IMG/VR virus record: IMGVR_UViG_3300025872_000037
Coordinates: 32,001-96,000 of that record
Length of the DNA stretch: 64,000 nucleotides
Strand: one strand, 5' to 3'
DNA from: a virus
The position numbers and the translations under genes are program-made. This document shows positions 8,982 to 18,982 of the stretch, piece after piece. The stretch's first letter is position 1. The number at the start of each line of letters is the position of its first letter. Below the pieces are notes generated by a model. That model was not told the origin of the DNA and made no database searches. It saw only the letters and a program-made list of their open reading frames with translations.

Positions 8982-10293
8982 GAAGTTTTGCAGGAAAGTT
9001 CTGCCATTCATCAAGACTGAGTACTTCGATTCTGCACACAAGTGCGTCTATCGGTTAGTACTCGACTTCATCACGAAGTACAACAAGCTGCCGACTCGTG
9101 CAGCTCTGGACATCGACTTCCAGAACAAGGCAGAGACGTCTGAGGATCTGTATCCAAAGGCGGTCTCGATCCTTGAATCTCTGGATCAGAATCCTCAAGT
9201 AGAAGAAACATGGTTGCTAGAGAACACGGAGAAGTGGTGCAAAGACCGCGCCGTGTTCCTGGCCATCATGGAATCCATCGAGATCATCGATGGCAAGAAG
9301 AAGGATCTCTCGAAGGATGCGATTCCTGACATCCTTCACAAGGCTCTGGGAATCAACTTCGACAATTCTGTCGGACATGATTACCTGCAGGACTTTGAGA
9401 AGCGGTATGACTTCTATCATCGTGTCGAGGATCGTCTGCCGTTCGACCTTGAGCTGTTCAACACCATCACCAAGGGTGGGGTTCCTCGCAAGACGCTGAA
9501 CATCGCACTCGCAGGCACTGGTGTCGGCAAATCTCTGTTCATGTGCCACGTGGCTGCTTCTGCTCTAGCTCAGGGTAAGAATGTCCTTTACATCACTCTC
9601 GAAATGTCAGAGGAACGCATCGCTGAACGTATCGATGCCAACCTCATGAACATCCAGATCGATCAACTCTCATCTCTGAGTAAAGGTATGTTTGCCGATA
9701 AGGTCACTCGCATTGCAGGTACCACGGTCGGCAAGCTCATCATCAAGGAATACCCGACAGCATCAGCTCACACTGGGCACTTTCGTGCCTTGCTGAATGA
9801 ACTGAAGCTGAAGAAGGACGTTGTTCCAGATGTGATCTTCGTGGACTACCTGAACATCTGCGCCTCCTCTCGAATGAAGGGCCTAGGTGGTTCGATCAAT
9901 ACCTACTCACTCATCAAGGCTATTGCCGAGGAGCTTCGTGGTCTGGCGGTCGAGTTCAACGTGCCGATCTTCTCTGCAACCCAGACCACTCGATCTGGTT
10001 TCAGCAACACCGACCTCGAGCTTACTGACACGTCCGAGTCATTCGGTCTTCCTGCCACGGCCGACTTCATGTTTGCCTTGATCACCACCGAGGAGCTTGA
10101 GAAGCTTGGCCAGATGATGGTCAAGCAGCTAAAGAACCGGTACAATGACCCGAGTGCCAACAAGAGGTTCATCATCGGTGTTGACCGGTCCAAGATGAAG
10201 CTGTACGATGTGGAGGACAAAGCCCAGACCCTTTCCAAGGAAGCCACGGTCCGTGGTGGATCCAAGGATTTTAGTGATTTCACCATACAATAA
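8932..10293 (+). CDS. 41: replicative DNA helicase gp41
   Basis: AGTGVGKS, LEMSEE, VDYLNIC, SESFGLPATAD, KQLKNRY. Confidence 0.97.
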   Translation: MSNQLQTTILQKIVNDEKFCRKVLPFIKTEYFDSAHKCVYRLVLDFITKYNKLPTRAALDIDFQNKAETSEDLYPKAVSILESLDQNPQVEETWLLENTEKWCKDRAVFLAIMESIEIIDGKKKDLSKDAIPDILHKALGINFDNSVGHDYLQDFEKRYDFYHRVEDRLPFDLELFNTITKGGVPRKTLNIALAGTGVGKSLFMCHVAASALAQGKNVLYITLEMSEERIAERIDANLMNIQIDQLSSLSKGMFADKVTRIAGTTVGKLIIKEYPTASAHTGHFRALLNELKLKKDVVPDVIFVDYLNICASSRMKGLGGSINTYSLIKAIAEELRGLAVEFNVPIFSATQTTRSGFSNTDLELTDTSESFGLPATADFMFALITTEELEKLGQMMVKQLKNRYNDPSANKRFIIGVDRSKMKLYDVEDKAQTLSKEATVRGGSKDFSDFTIQ

Positions 10294-10333
10294 GTGTTTA
10301 CAAACCACCAAAACATGCTAGGATTCTAAGATC

Positions 10334-10927
10334 ATGGGAATGTTCGACACAGTCAGCTGGGCGGATCCGCTTCCTTTCTCCGAGGAAATGGTCACCCATG
10401 GGCTGAACAAAAACAACTGGTCCTTCCAGACGAAGGACTTCGACTGTTCGATGGACAACTACGTCGTACAGGGCAACCAACTTTTCATCGTGAAATACCG
10501 AGACGAGAAGTGGATTGCGGGCGATCCGAAGGCCAAGAACCTATCAGATCGATTTGGTTACATGGATCGTACGGGAGAATACCTAGATCCGGTAAAAGTT
10601 ACCACAACTGCCAGAGTCTACGACTTCCTGCAGGAGTCCGAATGGAATCGTCTACCGGTCTCTGGGTACGATTACTGGGTCGAATTTGAGGTCGTCTTCA
10701 TCGACGGAAAGGTCGACTCGGTTACTCTGGTGAAGTTCACAACGGAGGATAACTCCGAGAGAAAGCAACGAGACAAGGAGTTTCGAGAGTCTCTGATACG
10801 CGAACAGGCTCGCTGGAGGAATCGGTTCTTCTTTGGTACTCGTCCGTACCGTTTTGTTAGCCGTTACATCCGCAGAGCACTCAATTCAACCGCAGATTTC
10901 TTGTACAGACTTTCCAACAAAATATGA
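10334..10927 (+). CDS. hypothetical phage protein (MGMFD...QTKD family)
   Basis: ORF after a TTTACA..TAGGAT promoter. Confidence 0.7.
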   Translation: MGMFDTVSWADPLPFSEEMVTHGLNKNNWSFQTKDFDCSMDNYVVQGNQLFIVKYRDEKWIAGDPKAKNLSDRFGYMDRTGEYLDPVKVTTTARVYDFLQESEWNRLPVSGYDYWVEFEVVFIDGKVDSVTLVKFTTEDNSERKQRDKEFRESLIREQARWRNRFFFGTRPYRFVSRYIRRALNSTADFLYRLSNKI

Positions 10928-11217
10928 GCACAAATCAAAAGAAAGACGCTGAGCAACTCAAGGTCTTTAATTCTCCGATCTACCGCCGCCGCATCAAACG
11001 CATGGTGGAGATGGCCAAGACCGTCCGTGGGATCCACGGCAAGATCCCGAAGGGTGATCTTCCAAAGCTCAAGGAGACAGCTTCTCAGAAGGAGAAGGAT
11101 CTTCGTGCCCAGAAACAGGCATATCGCCTGAACATCGACGTGCTGCATTATTTTGCGGCCACGATGGTGTCTCACCGCCCGACCGATGTCGGTCCATCCG
11201 AGCAATCCGATGCCTAA
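10924..11217 (+). CDS. hypothetical basic protein
   Basis: Overlap-coupled ORF. Confidence 0.6.
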   Translation: MSTNQKKDAEQLKVFNSPIYRRRIKRMVEMAKTVRGIHGKIPKGDLPKLKETASQKEKDLRAQKQAYRLNIDVLHYFAATMVSHRPTDVGPSEQSDA

Positions 11218-11497
11218 GGTCGTCATCAACGCCAACTACGGTGGCTTCTTCATCTCGGACGAGGCTCTCGCCAGAATTCGAGAGCTGAAGGGAGGCATAT
11301 CTGAATCAGACTTCCTCAAGGAGCCCCTTCGTAGAGACGACAGAGATTTGGTCACTGTCGTTGAGGAGATGCAGAATAAAGCGTGTGGTAACTGGTCTGA
11401 ATTAAAGGTCGTCGAAGTTCCTGATGACGTTGAGTGGGAAATTCAAGAATATGACGGCTGGGAATGGGTAGCTGAAAAACACAGAACATGGCACTGA
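11210..11497 (+). CDS. hypothetical phage protein (KVVIN..YGGF family)
   Basis: VVINANYGGF and W.IQEYDGWE motif common in phages. Confidence 0.75.
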   Translation: MPKVVINANYGGFFISDEALARIRELKGGISESDFLKEPLRRDDRDLVTVVEEMQNKACGNWSELKVVEVPDDVEWEIQEYDGWEWVAEKHRTWH

Positions 11498-11661
11498 CAT
11501 ACATCAAAACGCTGGCTCCAATCTGGAACGTCATCGTTGCTGTCCTGAACTTCATGGCCTTCATCTGGCTGGCATCGTTTGTTTTCATCGTTATCTTTTT
11601 TCTTTATCACTGGGTCACCGGTAAACCAATTTCAATGGACTATGATGGTCCTGATTTCTGA
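11488..11661 (+). CDS. small membrane protein (57 aa)
   Basis: Read by hand: MALTYIKTLAPIWNVIVAVLNF...; coupled to the flanking ORFs. Confidence 0.55.
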   Translation: MALTYIKTLAPIWNVIVAVLNFMAFIWLASFVFIVIFFLYHWVTGKPISMDYDGPDF

Positions 11662-11966
11662 TGAGCTACAAGATCTTTCTCGGCACTCAAAATCCTCCAG
11701 ATTCTTCGTGGGTTCAACTGCGAAGCTTTTTGGACTTCAAGGTCGCTGTTGCGGCCCGGGGAATCCCAGAAGAAGTGTCATTTGATTATGAACTCGATGG
11801 AGAAGGAAATGGATATGACGCAGCCGCCTGGTTAATCAACCACTGCGTGACATTCTCCATGATTTTTCCAAGGTATTCGGTTGCCTGCAAAATTCCTGCT
11901 CAGTGCGAGAAGATTGAGATGCTCATCAGAAGCTTTAACTCGTACCGCCAGAGCACAATCAAATGA
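11661..11966 (+). CDS. divergent cyclic-phosphate-processing receiver-like (cREC) domain
   Basis: IFL...PP..W...RS; PEEVSFDYEL; GYD.A.WL. Confidence 0.6.
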   Translation: MSYKIFLGTQNPPDSSWVQLRSFLDFKVAVAARGIPEEVSFDYELDGEGNGYDAAAWLINHCVTFSMIFPRYSVACKIPAQCEKIEMLIRSFNSYRQSTIK

Positions 11967-12649
11967 AGATTGTCTGCATATCAGACACCCATGGTCGGCA
12001 TCTTGACATGCCGTTACCAGATGGTGATGCCATTATTCATGCCGGAGATTTCTGCTCCCATGGCAGCTACTACGACTGCGTACGTTTCTTTGGATGGTTC
12101 GGGAATCTCCCGTACGAACACAAGATCTGCATTGCCGGAAACCATGATCTTTGGATGGAGAGAGCGTCTCGGTCAGATCTCGATCCGATCATTCCACCGT
12201 CGGTCCGTTATCTTAACGATTCCGGAACTACGATCAATGGGATCAACTTCTGGGGATCTCCGGTCCAGCCGAGGTTCTACAATTGGGCTTTCAATCGTGA
12301 TCGTGGAGAAGACATCAAGAAACATTGGGATCGTATCCCAAATGATACGCACGTCCTCATCACTCACGGGCCCGCTCACGGCCACTGTGATACAGTCTAT
12401 CAGGTCACTCCGGCGGGAATGATGGCGGAGAATACTGGCTGCATGGATCTCCGCGCCACAATTGAAAACATTCGGCCTCACGCACATGTTTTTGGCCACA
12501 TTCACTGCGGATACGGAATGGAATGCAGCGAATCTACTGTATTCCTGAATTGTTCAGTCTGTGATGAATCCTACCGCGCAGTCAATCGTCCGTTCATTCT
12601 AGATCTAAACCCAGACGGCTCTGTCTTTGGAGCCTACGAAGCACTATGA
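11963..12649 (+). CDS. calcineurin-like metallophosphoesterase
   Basis: DTHG, HAGD, AGNHD, THGP, GHIH. Confidence 0.93.
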   Translation: MKIVCISDTHGRHLDMPLPDGDAIIHAGDFCSHGSYYDCVRFFGWFGNLPYEHKICIAGNHDLWMERASRSDLDPIIPPSVRYLNDSGTTINGINFWGSPVQPRFYNWAFNRDRGEDIKKHWDRIPNDTHVLITHGPAHGHCDTVYQVTPAGMMAENTGCMDLRATIENIRPHAHVFGHIHCGYGMECSESTVFLNCSVCDESYRAVNRPFILDLNPDGSVFGAYEAL

Positions 12650-12876
12650 AAATCGCAATCCTACTCTTACTTTCAATCTGGTCCATTGCAGGAATCTTTC
12701 TGTACCTTTCAATGTTCGACTCGACGAACCAGGTCAAGCCCTGGAAATCGGTGGTGAACGTAATTGTGTCCGGCCCAATCATGATCGCAATCACGCTGCT
12801 ATCTCTGGTCATCGGTGTCCTTGCCGAGACATGGGAATGGTTCAGCCGTAAATACAGAACCTGGCTATTCAACTAA
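12646..12876 (+). CDS. small membrane protein
   Basis: Two hydrophobic segments. Confidence 0.6.
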   Translation: MKIAILLLLSIWSIAGIFLYLSMFDSTNQVKPWKSVVNVIVSGPIMIAITLLSLVIGVLAETWEWFSRKYRTWLFN

Positions 12877-12877
12877 C

Positions 12878-13579
12878 ATGACCCTTACAAGAGATTTTCT
12901 TTTTAACGCGGACGAACACGTCAAAAAAGACGTGTCGACCTACGATGCATATGTCGCACTTCCGAAATCTGAGCGTGAACGCAGGGTCTCATTCTGGATC
13001 ACTCCATGGTATAAGACTCCATGGTCATACACCTGGAACCCTCTTGAAGAGGAGTGCGAGGCCACGAAGATCGACCGTTTCCTGAGGAAAAATTATCCCA
13101 TCCAATTCTTCGTTCGCGAATTGGCCACAGATATAAAATACTGGTGGAGAGATAAGAAGTGGGCCGTCATCTCGTTCTATCGAGACTGGGTACCAGGCCG
13201 CCGAGCCGATATGAGGAAGAAGGTTTTTCCTCGTCATTATACCGACCTCGTGGATATGATCGTGACGTTCCACCTGCAGGTGCTCATCGAGTTCGTCGAA
13301 CGAGAGGAAGCTCTCCTCAATAATGATTACACCACAAACGAAACCGATCAGCAGTTTGCTGCCGAGCTTCGCGAGTGCTATGAGTACGCGAGTGCCGGCC
13401 GCGCGAAGATGACGAAGGCGATCGATGCTGAGGCTAATCGAGCATTTAACGAGTCTCGAGAGAATGGCGCGAACTCATCCACTTACAAGAAATTAACCGA
13501 GATGGAAAATGAAGTCATGGACTACGATACAAAGGTCTGTGAATGGGTTGTGAAAAACCGTAACCGTCTCTGGGTATAA
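12878..13579 (+). CDS. hypothetical protein
   Basis: Long ORF in operon; ATG 12878 chosen as start. Confidence 0.7.
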   Translation: MTLTRDFLFNADEHVKKDVSTYDAYVALPKSERERRVSFWITPWYKTPWSYTWNPLEEECEATKIDRFLRKNYPIQFFVRELATDIKYWWRDKKWAVISFYRDWVPGRRADMRKKVFPRHYTDLVDMIVTFHLQVLIEFVEREEALLNNDYTTNETDQQFAAELRECYEYASAGRAKMTKAIDAEANRAFNESRENGANSSTYKKLTEMENEVMDYDTKVCEWVVKNRNRLWV

Positions 13580-13582
13580 AAT

Positions 13583-14017
13583 ATGACAAACGACCAAGAT
13601 ACTGATGTCCCGTTCAACACAGACGAGGATCCGTTTCCCAGTGCCATCTGGGACAAAGCTGCCGATGATGCTGCAAAGCGTTATGCTGAGGCTGTACGAG
13701 ACGAGATCTACGAACTAGACGGGTCACAAATCGGAAAGGTCAACTTCAGCCACGAGATGGTCGCAAGTTCTGATCAAAAGAAGAAGGCCAGGTCAATAGT
13801 GATTCGGTCCGACTTCGGGGCGGTTCTCGTTTTACCGGACTTCAAGAAGAAGTCCGCCTCCGCCACGATCCTGAACCTTGGAGTCATTCGTGCCATGAAG
13901 CAGGAAGGGTACACATCAGAATATATCCAGGAGAACGGCAAGATCTATGGCGACGTCAGGCCTTTCGATAAAAAGAACGTTGAGCTATTCGCCTATTACC
14001 TGACCCATAAAATATGA
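13583..14017 (+). CDS. hypothetical protein
   Basis: ORF in operon. Confidence 0.65.
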   Translation: MTNDQDTDVPFNTDEDPFPSAIWDKAADDAAKRYAEAVRDEIYELDGSQIGKVNFSHEMVASSDQKKKARSIVIRSDFGAVLVLPDFKKKSASATILNLGVIRAMKQEGYTSEYIQENGKIYGDVRPFDKKNVELFAYYLTHKI

Positions 14018-14709
14018 TCTTTGACCATCAAACCGTACGGCTCATCAGCCACACGAAATCGGTCTCCAATGGTCCTGCTGCGATGGATATGCAGGAACTC
14101 GTGGCCTTCTGCGCTCGGGTCAGCAATCCAGCAAACCAGAACAACCTGGAGACATCCGAGAAGCTTGTTCGTTACCTGATCAAACACCGCCACTGGTCTC
14201 CTCTGGAGATGGTCTCGGCCACGGTCGAGATCAACACCACTCGTGACATCGCCCGGCAGATCCTGAGGCATCGTTCGTTTTCGTTTCAGGAGTTCTCTCA
14301 GCGCTATGCCGATCCGACCGCCGCTCTGGAGATGGTGGTCCGTGAGGCCAGGTTGCAGGACAAGAAGAACCGCCAGAATTCGGTTTCAACAGATGACCAG
14401 AACCTCATGATCTGGTGGAAGGAACGGCAGAAAGATCTCATCGAGCTGTCGGAGAGCATCTACAAGGATGCCACTGCCCGTGGAATCGCCAAGGAACAGG
14501 CTCGAGCGATCCTCCCTGAGGGTTGCACGATGTCTCGGATCTACATGGCCGGAACGCTGCGCAGCTTCGTTCACTTCATTGACGTCCGATCTGCCAATGG
14601 GACTCAGGCCGAATGTGCAGACGTGGCCCGAAAGACCGCAGAGGTTCTCAGGCCGGTTTTCCCAATGGTCCTGGAGTTTGTTCAATCTCAAGCCGTTGAT
14701 GGCCAATGA
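14014..14709 (+). CDS. thyX: FAD-dependent thymidylate synthase ThyX
   Basis: HWSPLE and RHRSFSFQEFSQRY signature. Confidence 0.95.
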   Translation: MIFDHQTVRLISHTKSVSNGPAAMDMQELVAFCARVSNPANQNNLETSEKLVRYLIKHRHWSPLEMVSATVEINTTRDIARQILRHRSFSFQEFSQRYADPTAALEMVVREARLQDKKNRQNSVSTDDQNLMIWWKERQKDLIELSESIYKDATARGIAKEQARAILPEGCTMSRIYMAGTLRSFVHFIDVRSANGTQAECADVARKTAEVLRPVFPMVLEFVQSQAVDGQ

Positions 14710-14800
14710 GTTCTGAGAAAAAAGAAAAAACACCTCACAATTTGTTTTACATCGAGCAGTTTCTAGTTAGGATGGTTCTCGTTAAACTGATTCATTCATT

Positions 14801-15157
14801 ATGAATACCAACAACAGCAATAGTCAGAACACGGCCGCCTCGACTCCCAAGTCCTCGAAGGCCTCGAATAAGTCCGCCAATACGGCTACGACCACTGCCA
14901 CCGCTTCGGCTCCCGCCCGCGGTCTCCGCAAGCCTGAGGTCGTTGCGATGCTCAAGAATTTCAAGTTCCCGAGCGAGCCGTTCACCATCAAGCAGGCCTG
15001 CACCGCTCTCGGTGCCGATCACTGGTTGATCCACAACTACGTCAAGGCCAATGGCAAGATCGTCGGCGACGCGCCGAAGTCTGCCGGTCCGAACGGCAAG
15101 GCTCGCGGTAAGGCCGCAAAGCTCTATCAGCTCCCCGCTGACAAGCTGGTCTTCTGA
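14801..15157 (+). CDS. basic protein with low-complexity N-terminus, possible DNA-binding protein
   Basis: Own promoter and downstream hairpin; strong codon bias; K/A-rich. Confidence 0.7.
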   Translation: MNTNNSNSQNTAASTPKSSKASNKSANTATTTATASAPARGLRKPEVVAMLKNFKFPSEPFTIKQACTALGADHWLIHNYVKANGKIVGDAPKSAGPNGKARGKAAKLYQLPADKLVF

Positions 15158-15210
15158 CCAACCGGCGCGCGGTGGCGCCTCATAATGTCCACCCCTCTTT
15201 TTCATCATCA

Positions 15211-15258
15211 GAATGGCTGGTTACCTAAGTTATTGGTGGCCAGCCATTTCTGCTTTTG
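15211..15258 (+). terminator. putative intrinsic terminator
   Basis: AATGGCTGG...CCAGCCATT followed by a T-rich tract. Confidence 0.5.
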
Positions 15259-15284
15259 TGAATCTATTTTCTGCGCGTGTTGGT

Positions 15285-15346
15285 AATCAACAACTTAGGT
15301 AATTCTTAGTAGTTCACTTTTTCTGGGTATTTGCTAGTATTTCCTC
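15285..15346 (+). promoter_or_regulatory. Early promoter cassette, copy 2
   Basis: AATCAACAACTTAGGTAATTCTTAG..TGCTAGTAT-6 nt-ATG. Confidence 0.7.
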
Positions 15347-15658
15347 ATGATGAAAAACACCACCCAGAACGAGATGATCAACGGCTGGAACATGAGCCTG
15401 TTCCACTATCACGGCGGCTACCTCTCCTACGGTGAGCTCGTGTTTCAGACCAAGTTCGTGGCTCGGTTCAAGTACAACAAGCGTGACCGTCTTGGCTTCC
15501 AGAAGTTCCTGGTGAACAACTTCACTCCCCTCGAGTACTTCACCCGCCTGATGACGCAGGCTCCCCTCGACATCCTCAAGTCCGCTGGCTACGTCAGCGC
15601 TAGCGAGAAGCGCCTACAGAAACAAAAAGCTTGGTTGTCGTTCTCCAGCGCCCTCTGA
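15347..15658 (+). CDS. hypothetical early protein
   Basis: Follows promoter cassette. Confidence 0.75.
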   Translation: MMKNTTQNEMINGWNMSLFHYHGGYLSYGELVFQTKFVARFKYNKRDRLGFQKFLVNNFTPLEYFTRLMTQAPLDILKSAGYVSASEKRLQKQKAWLSFSSAL

Positions 15659-15660
15659 CC

Positions 15661-15721
15661 ATCAACAACTTAGGTAATTCTTAGTTGTTTACTCCAGACC
15701 ACAATTTGCTAGTATTTCCTC
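15661..15721 (+). promoter_or_regulatory. Early promoter cassette, copy 3
   Basis: ATCAACAACTTAGGTAATTCTTAGTTGTTTAC..TGCTAGTAT-6 nt-ATG. Confidence 0.7.
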
Positions 15722-15928
15722 ATGATGAAACTCACCAAAAAGCTCCCGAACGGTCGCCTGCAAGTCAACAAGTCCGCGGTCATTGCCCGCCTCAAGCAGC
15801 TCCGCAAGGAGCGTAAGGACACCGATCTCCCTGGCCTCCTGCCGGTCTCCGACCGCGAGGTCGTTCGTGAGGCGTCCGAGATGACTCGGTATAACGCCGA
15901 CAAGTTCATCAACACCTCCGAGGACTGA
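15722..15928 (+). CDS. hypothetical early protein
   Basis: Follows promoter cassette. Confidence 0.7.
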   Translation: MMKLTKKLPNGRLQVNKSAVIARLKQLRKERKDTDLPGLLPVSDREVVREASEMTRYNADKFINTSED

Positions 15929-15969
15929 GATCCCTCCTTCTGAACAGAAACCTCAAACAACTTTAGACC

Positions 15970-16209
15970 ATGAGCTACAAGAATTGGACCTACACTCCCT
16001 GGGATGACAACGACGGTGATTGCACCAAGATCTGGCATGACTTCACCCACGCGGATGGACGCAGGGTCTCCTGTGACTTCAACCCCTACTCGCGGATGAC
16101 CGCCGAGGATATCCGTCTCTGGTTCGACCTCGGTATGCCTGATCGGATCGACAGCGGTCCGCTGGACAGCTTCGACCTCAACGTCCTCTGGAAGGAAGCC
16201 CATCCGTGA
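15970..16209 (+). CDS. hypothetical protein
   Basis: ORF with phage codon usage. Confidence 0.65.
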   Translation: MSYKNWTYTPWDDNDGDCTKIWHDFTHADGRRVSCDFNPYSRMTAEDIRLWFDLGMPDRIDSGPLDSFDLNVLWKEAHP

Positions 16210-16228
16210 CCGCCGATACCACTAACCT

Positions 16229-16453
16229 ATGAAACTCGATCCTCTCGACATGCTGATGGCAGTCATCACGGCCATCTGTATCTCGTTCCTTGTATCCCTT
16301 CTCATGGCGCTGCCTGTGATGTGGATCTGGAACTCTACGTTCCCAGACCTGTTCCGATTCCCAGAGATCTCCTGGTGGACCGCCTGGAAGATCTCCGTCC
16401 TCTGTTCGTTTCTCTTTAAGACCAGCATTAGCACAAAGTCCGACAACTCGTAA
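16229..16453 (+). CDS. small membrane protein (paralog of 47083..47313)
   Basis: ALPVMWIWNSTFPDLF...WWTAWK. Confidence 0.7.
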   Translation: MKLDPLDMLMAVITAICISFLVSLLMALPVMWIWNSTFPDLFRFPEISWWTAWKISVLCSFLFKTSISTKSDNS

Positions 16454-16607
16454 CCAATGAAACCGTACCAGTTCGATATCGTTCAGGAATCATCCTACTC
16501 GATCGCCGAGGAACGTATGATGTCGATCCATGAGGATCCTCATCAGCCGTGGTCTTCCCGTTCTGCTGCGGTAGAGGACGAATTGCCGGTCCAGGAGACC
16601 ATATCCG

Positions 16608-17105
16608 ATGGCTGCTGAGGTGCTGGTCACCGGTGGGTCAAAGTTCCAGCGCAAACTCCTACACGAGGCCTGCGATTACTATGTGACCCGTCTACTCGGT
16701 TACCAGATCTCTCGAGAGATCGTCGTGGTCGTCAAGATTCGAAAGAATCTGATGGAGCAGGAAAACTCAAAGGCAGACTGCATCTGGGATGATGACGAAG
16801 ATATGCCTCGGGAGTTTGAGATCCGTCTAGATGCTGATCTGACGATCATGGCGATGCTTCGGTGCCTGGCTCATGAGTGCGTTCATGTGGCACAGTACGC
16901 CTCCGGCAAGATGAAGGACACTAACTCGATTCAGGTCATTAAGTGGAAGGGCAAGAAGATCGATCGAAGAGGGATAGACTATTTTGATCTCCCGTGGGAG
17001 CTCGAGGCCTACGGACAAGAGTTCGGCCTAATGGATCGGTTCATCAATGCCAAAGGATACGCAAAGAAGAAGTGGTACAACGATCCTGACTTTTCTACTT
17101 CTTGA
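16608..17105 (+). CDS. zinc metallopeptidase-like protein
   Basis: LAHECVHVAQY (HExxH) and PWELEA. Confidence 0.8.
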   Translation: MAAEVLVTGGSKFQRKLLHEACDYYVTRLLGYQISREIVVVVKIRKNLMEQENSKADCIWDDDEDMPREFEIRLDADLTIMAMLRCLAHECVHVAQYASGKMKDTNSIQVIKWKGKKIDRRGIDYFDLPWELEAYGQEFGLMDRFINAKGYAKKKWYNDPDFSTS

Positions 17106-18366
17106 GTTTGAAGCCGATCTTGTTTCCGCCAGGATTTGCTACGTTCGAATGATACTCAAAGATGAATTCACTCTCGGCAAATCCTCTGAGCTCATACTCA
17201 ACCGAGCTGGCCGAGAGGTGAATATAAAGCTGCTGAATGTCGTTCGTTCGAACGATGTCTGTCAGAAATGACGTGTATTTTGGATTCTTGTTGACCTCGT
17301 CAACCAGAGCATAGGCCATCGGAGACAGTATGGCGCCAGATTTTCTCTGGCCGGGAGAATTCCATACCGATACCAGAGTCTCAAGCTTTCCAGCTCTGCC
17401 GATCTTCGAGTAGAAGTTTTTGTCCAGAGCCTTAAACGCCGACTCCCCGTCCTTGAATACCTTCATCCATTCCTCGATCTCCTTGTCCTTATATTCCTTC
17501 TCCCCGATAAGCTTTCCGACGAGGTCATATAGAGGGGATCCGATGGCTTTTGCTGCCATGACGATTCCATCCGTTCCAGAATTTTCTGAGATGGCGCCTA
17601 TGAAGTTATAGATCTTGCGATCATCCGGATTTGTAAAGTTTTTCCCCCTGAGCATTTCCCAGACCGAAGAGATAGACGGTGCAGCACCGCCACCAGCCTT
17701 TGCTGATACTGGAACCTTCAGTTTGTTCTTCAGAATCGCATAGTAGTCCACGAGCTTCTGATTGCTCTTGGATGGAAACTCGATCGCCACAACCTCGTCT
17801 TCCTTGTCGTAGTTATTCAGGAACCACCAAGCTCCGCTGATCTCTCCAAAATCTTTTGCGACGATGGCGATGTCTTTGTCCGAGAGTTTAGCCTTTGGTA
17901 GAGCTGCTTTGTTCTTAGAGCTATTGTTTAGCACCTCAAGCATGAACTCCTTGGCATGAGGAGCAACCATTGCGTTGTTCTTGATCGCCTTCTCGACCTC
18001 ACGAATGAAGCTCGCCCTTGGTATGGTCTTTCCTCCGAGACCCAGACCGTCAGGAGTCAGCATCTTGTTTCCGATGGTCTTGACGTTATCTGTACTGCCA
18101 GACCTAGGTTTCACCCCAGGTTTCTGGAGCATGTCAAACTTGACTCTGACCTTATGAGTCTTTCCGCCGAACTTATAGGTCACAACCGGTTTGCCATCGT
18201 AGTCTTTTGTCGATGGAACTGTGACTTCCTGTCCAGCATTCAGCTTGCCTACGACCTTCGACTGAACCTTCTCATCGAAGGCCTCAGTGTCTTTCTTAAT
18301 GATGGTCGTTACATCCCCGGCAAATTTGTAATACTTTTCCCAGGCAGCTTTTCCAGTTGTCGCCAT
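17095..18366 (-). CDS. hypothetical protein with probable PD-(D/E)XK nuclease-like domain
   Basis: DFGE, LVDYY and VSAK pattern; last gene of a late minus-strand operon. Confidence 0.5.
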   Translation of the reverse strand: MATTGKAAWEKYYKFAGDVTTIIKKDTEAFDEKVQSKVVGKLNAGQEVTVPSTKDYDGKPVVTYKFGGKTHKVRVKFDMLQKPGVKPRSGSTDNVKTIGNKMLTPDGLGLGGKTIPRASFIREVEKAIKNNAMVAPHAKEFMLEVLNNSSKNKAALPKAKLSDKDIAIVAKDFGEISGAWWFLNNYDKEDEVVAIEFPSKSNQKLVDYYAILKNKLKVPVSAKAGGGAAPSISSVWEMLRGKNFTNPDDRKIYNFIGAISENSGTDGIVMAAKAIGSPLYDLVGKLIGEKEYKDKEIEEWMKVFKDGESAFKALDKNFYSKIGRAGKLETLVSVWNSPGQRKSGAILSPMAYALVDEVNKNPKYTSFLTDIVRTNDIQQLYIHLSASSVEYELRGFAESEFIFEYHSNVANPGGNKIGFKLKK

Positions 18367-18980
18367 TATTTGATGCCCATGCCTTTTCTCACGTCATGGA
18401 ACATCTCATCCTTGTGAGCTGCACTCATCTTTGACGGAGCTCCGGCATGGAATTGTTTCTTGTTTCCTGTTGATGCATGCTCGCGCATCTTACTGGCCGA
18501 AATGCCGCTTACACCCTCTGAGTCCGGGTCACGTTCTCCGGCCGAGTGAACCGTGATTGACTTGAAGTGGTAGAACCCATGGTCGGTCTTCTTACCGTTG
18601 TATTTGTGCAGAACGGCGTGCATATCTTTGGCTCGGTCTGATCCAGCCACAACATGCAGGTGCTCGACGCCCTTGGAATGAAGGTCGACGGCGTGGTGCA
18701 GAAGACTTGGCTTCTCTTTACTGGAGGTCGAGAGATTCGTGCCAGGAAAAGCCCTCTTCGCGTGCTTCAGCTTTTGGGACGGGCTCAGGGGATTCTTCTT
18801 CGGGTCGTGTGAGTGAGACATGATGACCTCATGACTGGCGCCATGTTTCTTCGCGACGTCATGAACCTTGTTGATCAGTGCCTCGTGTCCATTCGTGATT
18901 GGATTCATTCGAACGAATGACATCACGTGGTGCTTACCAGTCGATTCCTGTTCCGTGACGAATTGAAGAAATCTTTTCAC
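18366..18980 (-). CDS. cytidylyltransferase-like (HxGH) nucleotidyltransferase, His-rich
   Basis: RMNPITNGH, KNPL, VAGSDR, SASKMR. Confidence 0.85.
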   Translation of the reverse strand: MKRFLQFVTEQESTGKHHVMSFVRMNPITNGHEALINKVHDVAKKHGASHEVIMSHSHDPKKNPLSPSQKLKHAKRAFPGTNLSTSSKEKPSLLHHAVDLHSKGVEHLHVVAGSDRAKDMHAVLHKYNGKKTDHGFYHFKSITVHSAGERDPDSEGVSGISASKMREHASTGNKKQFHAGAPSKMSAAHKDEMFHDVRKGMGIK

Positions 18981-18982
18981 CG

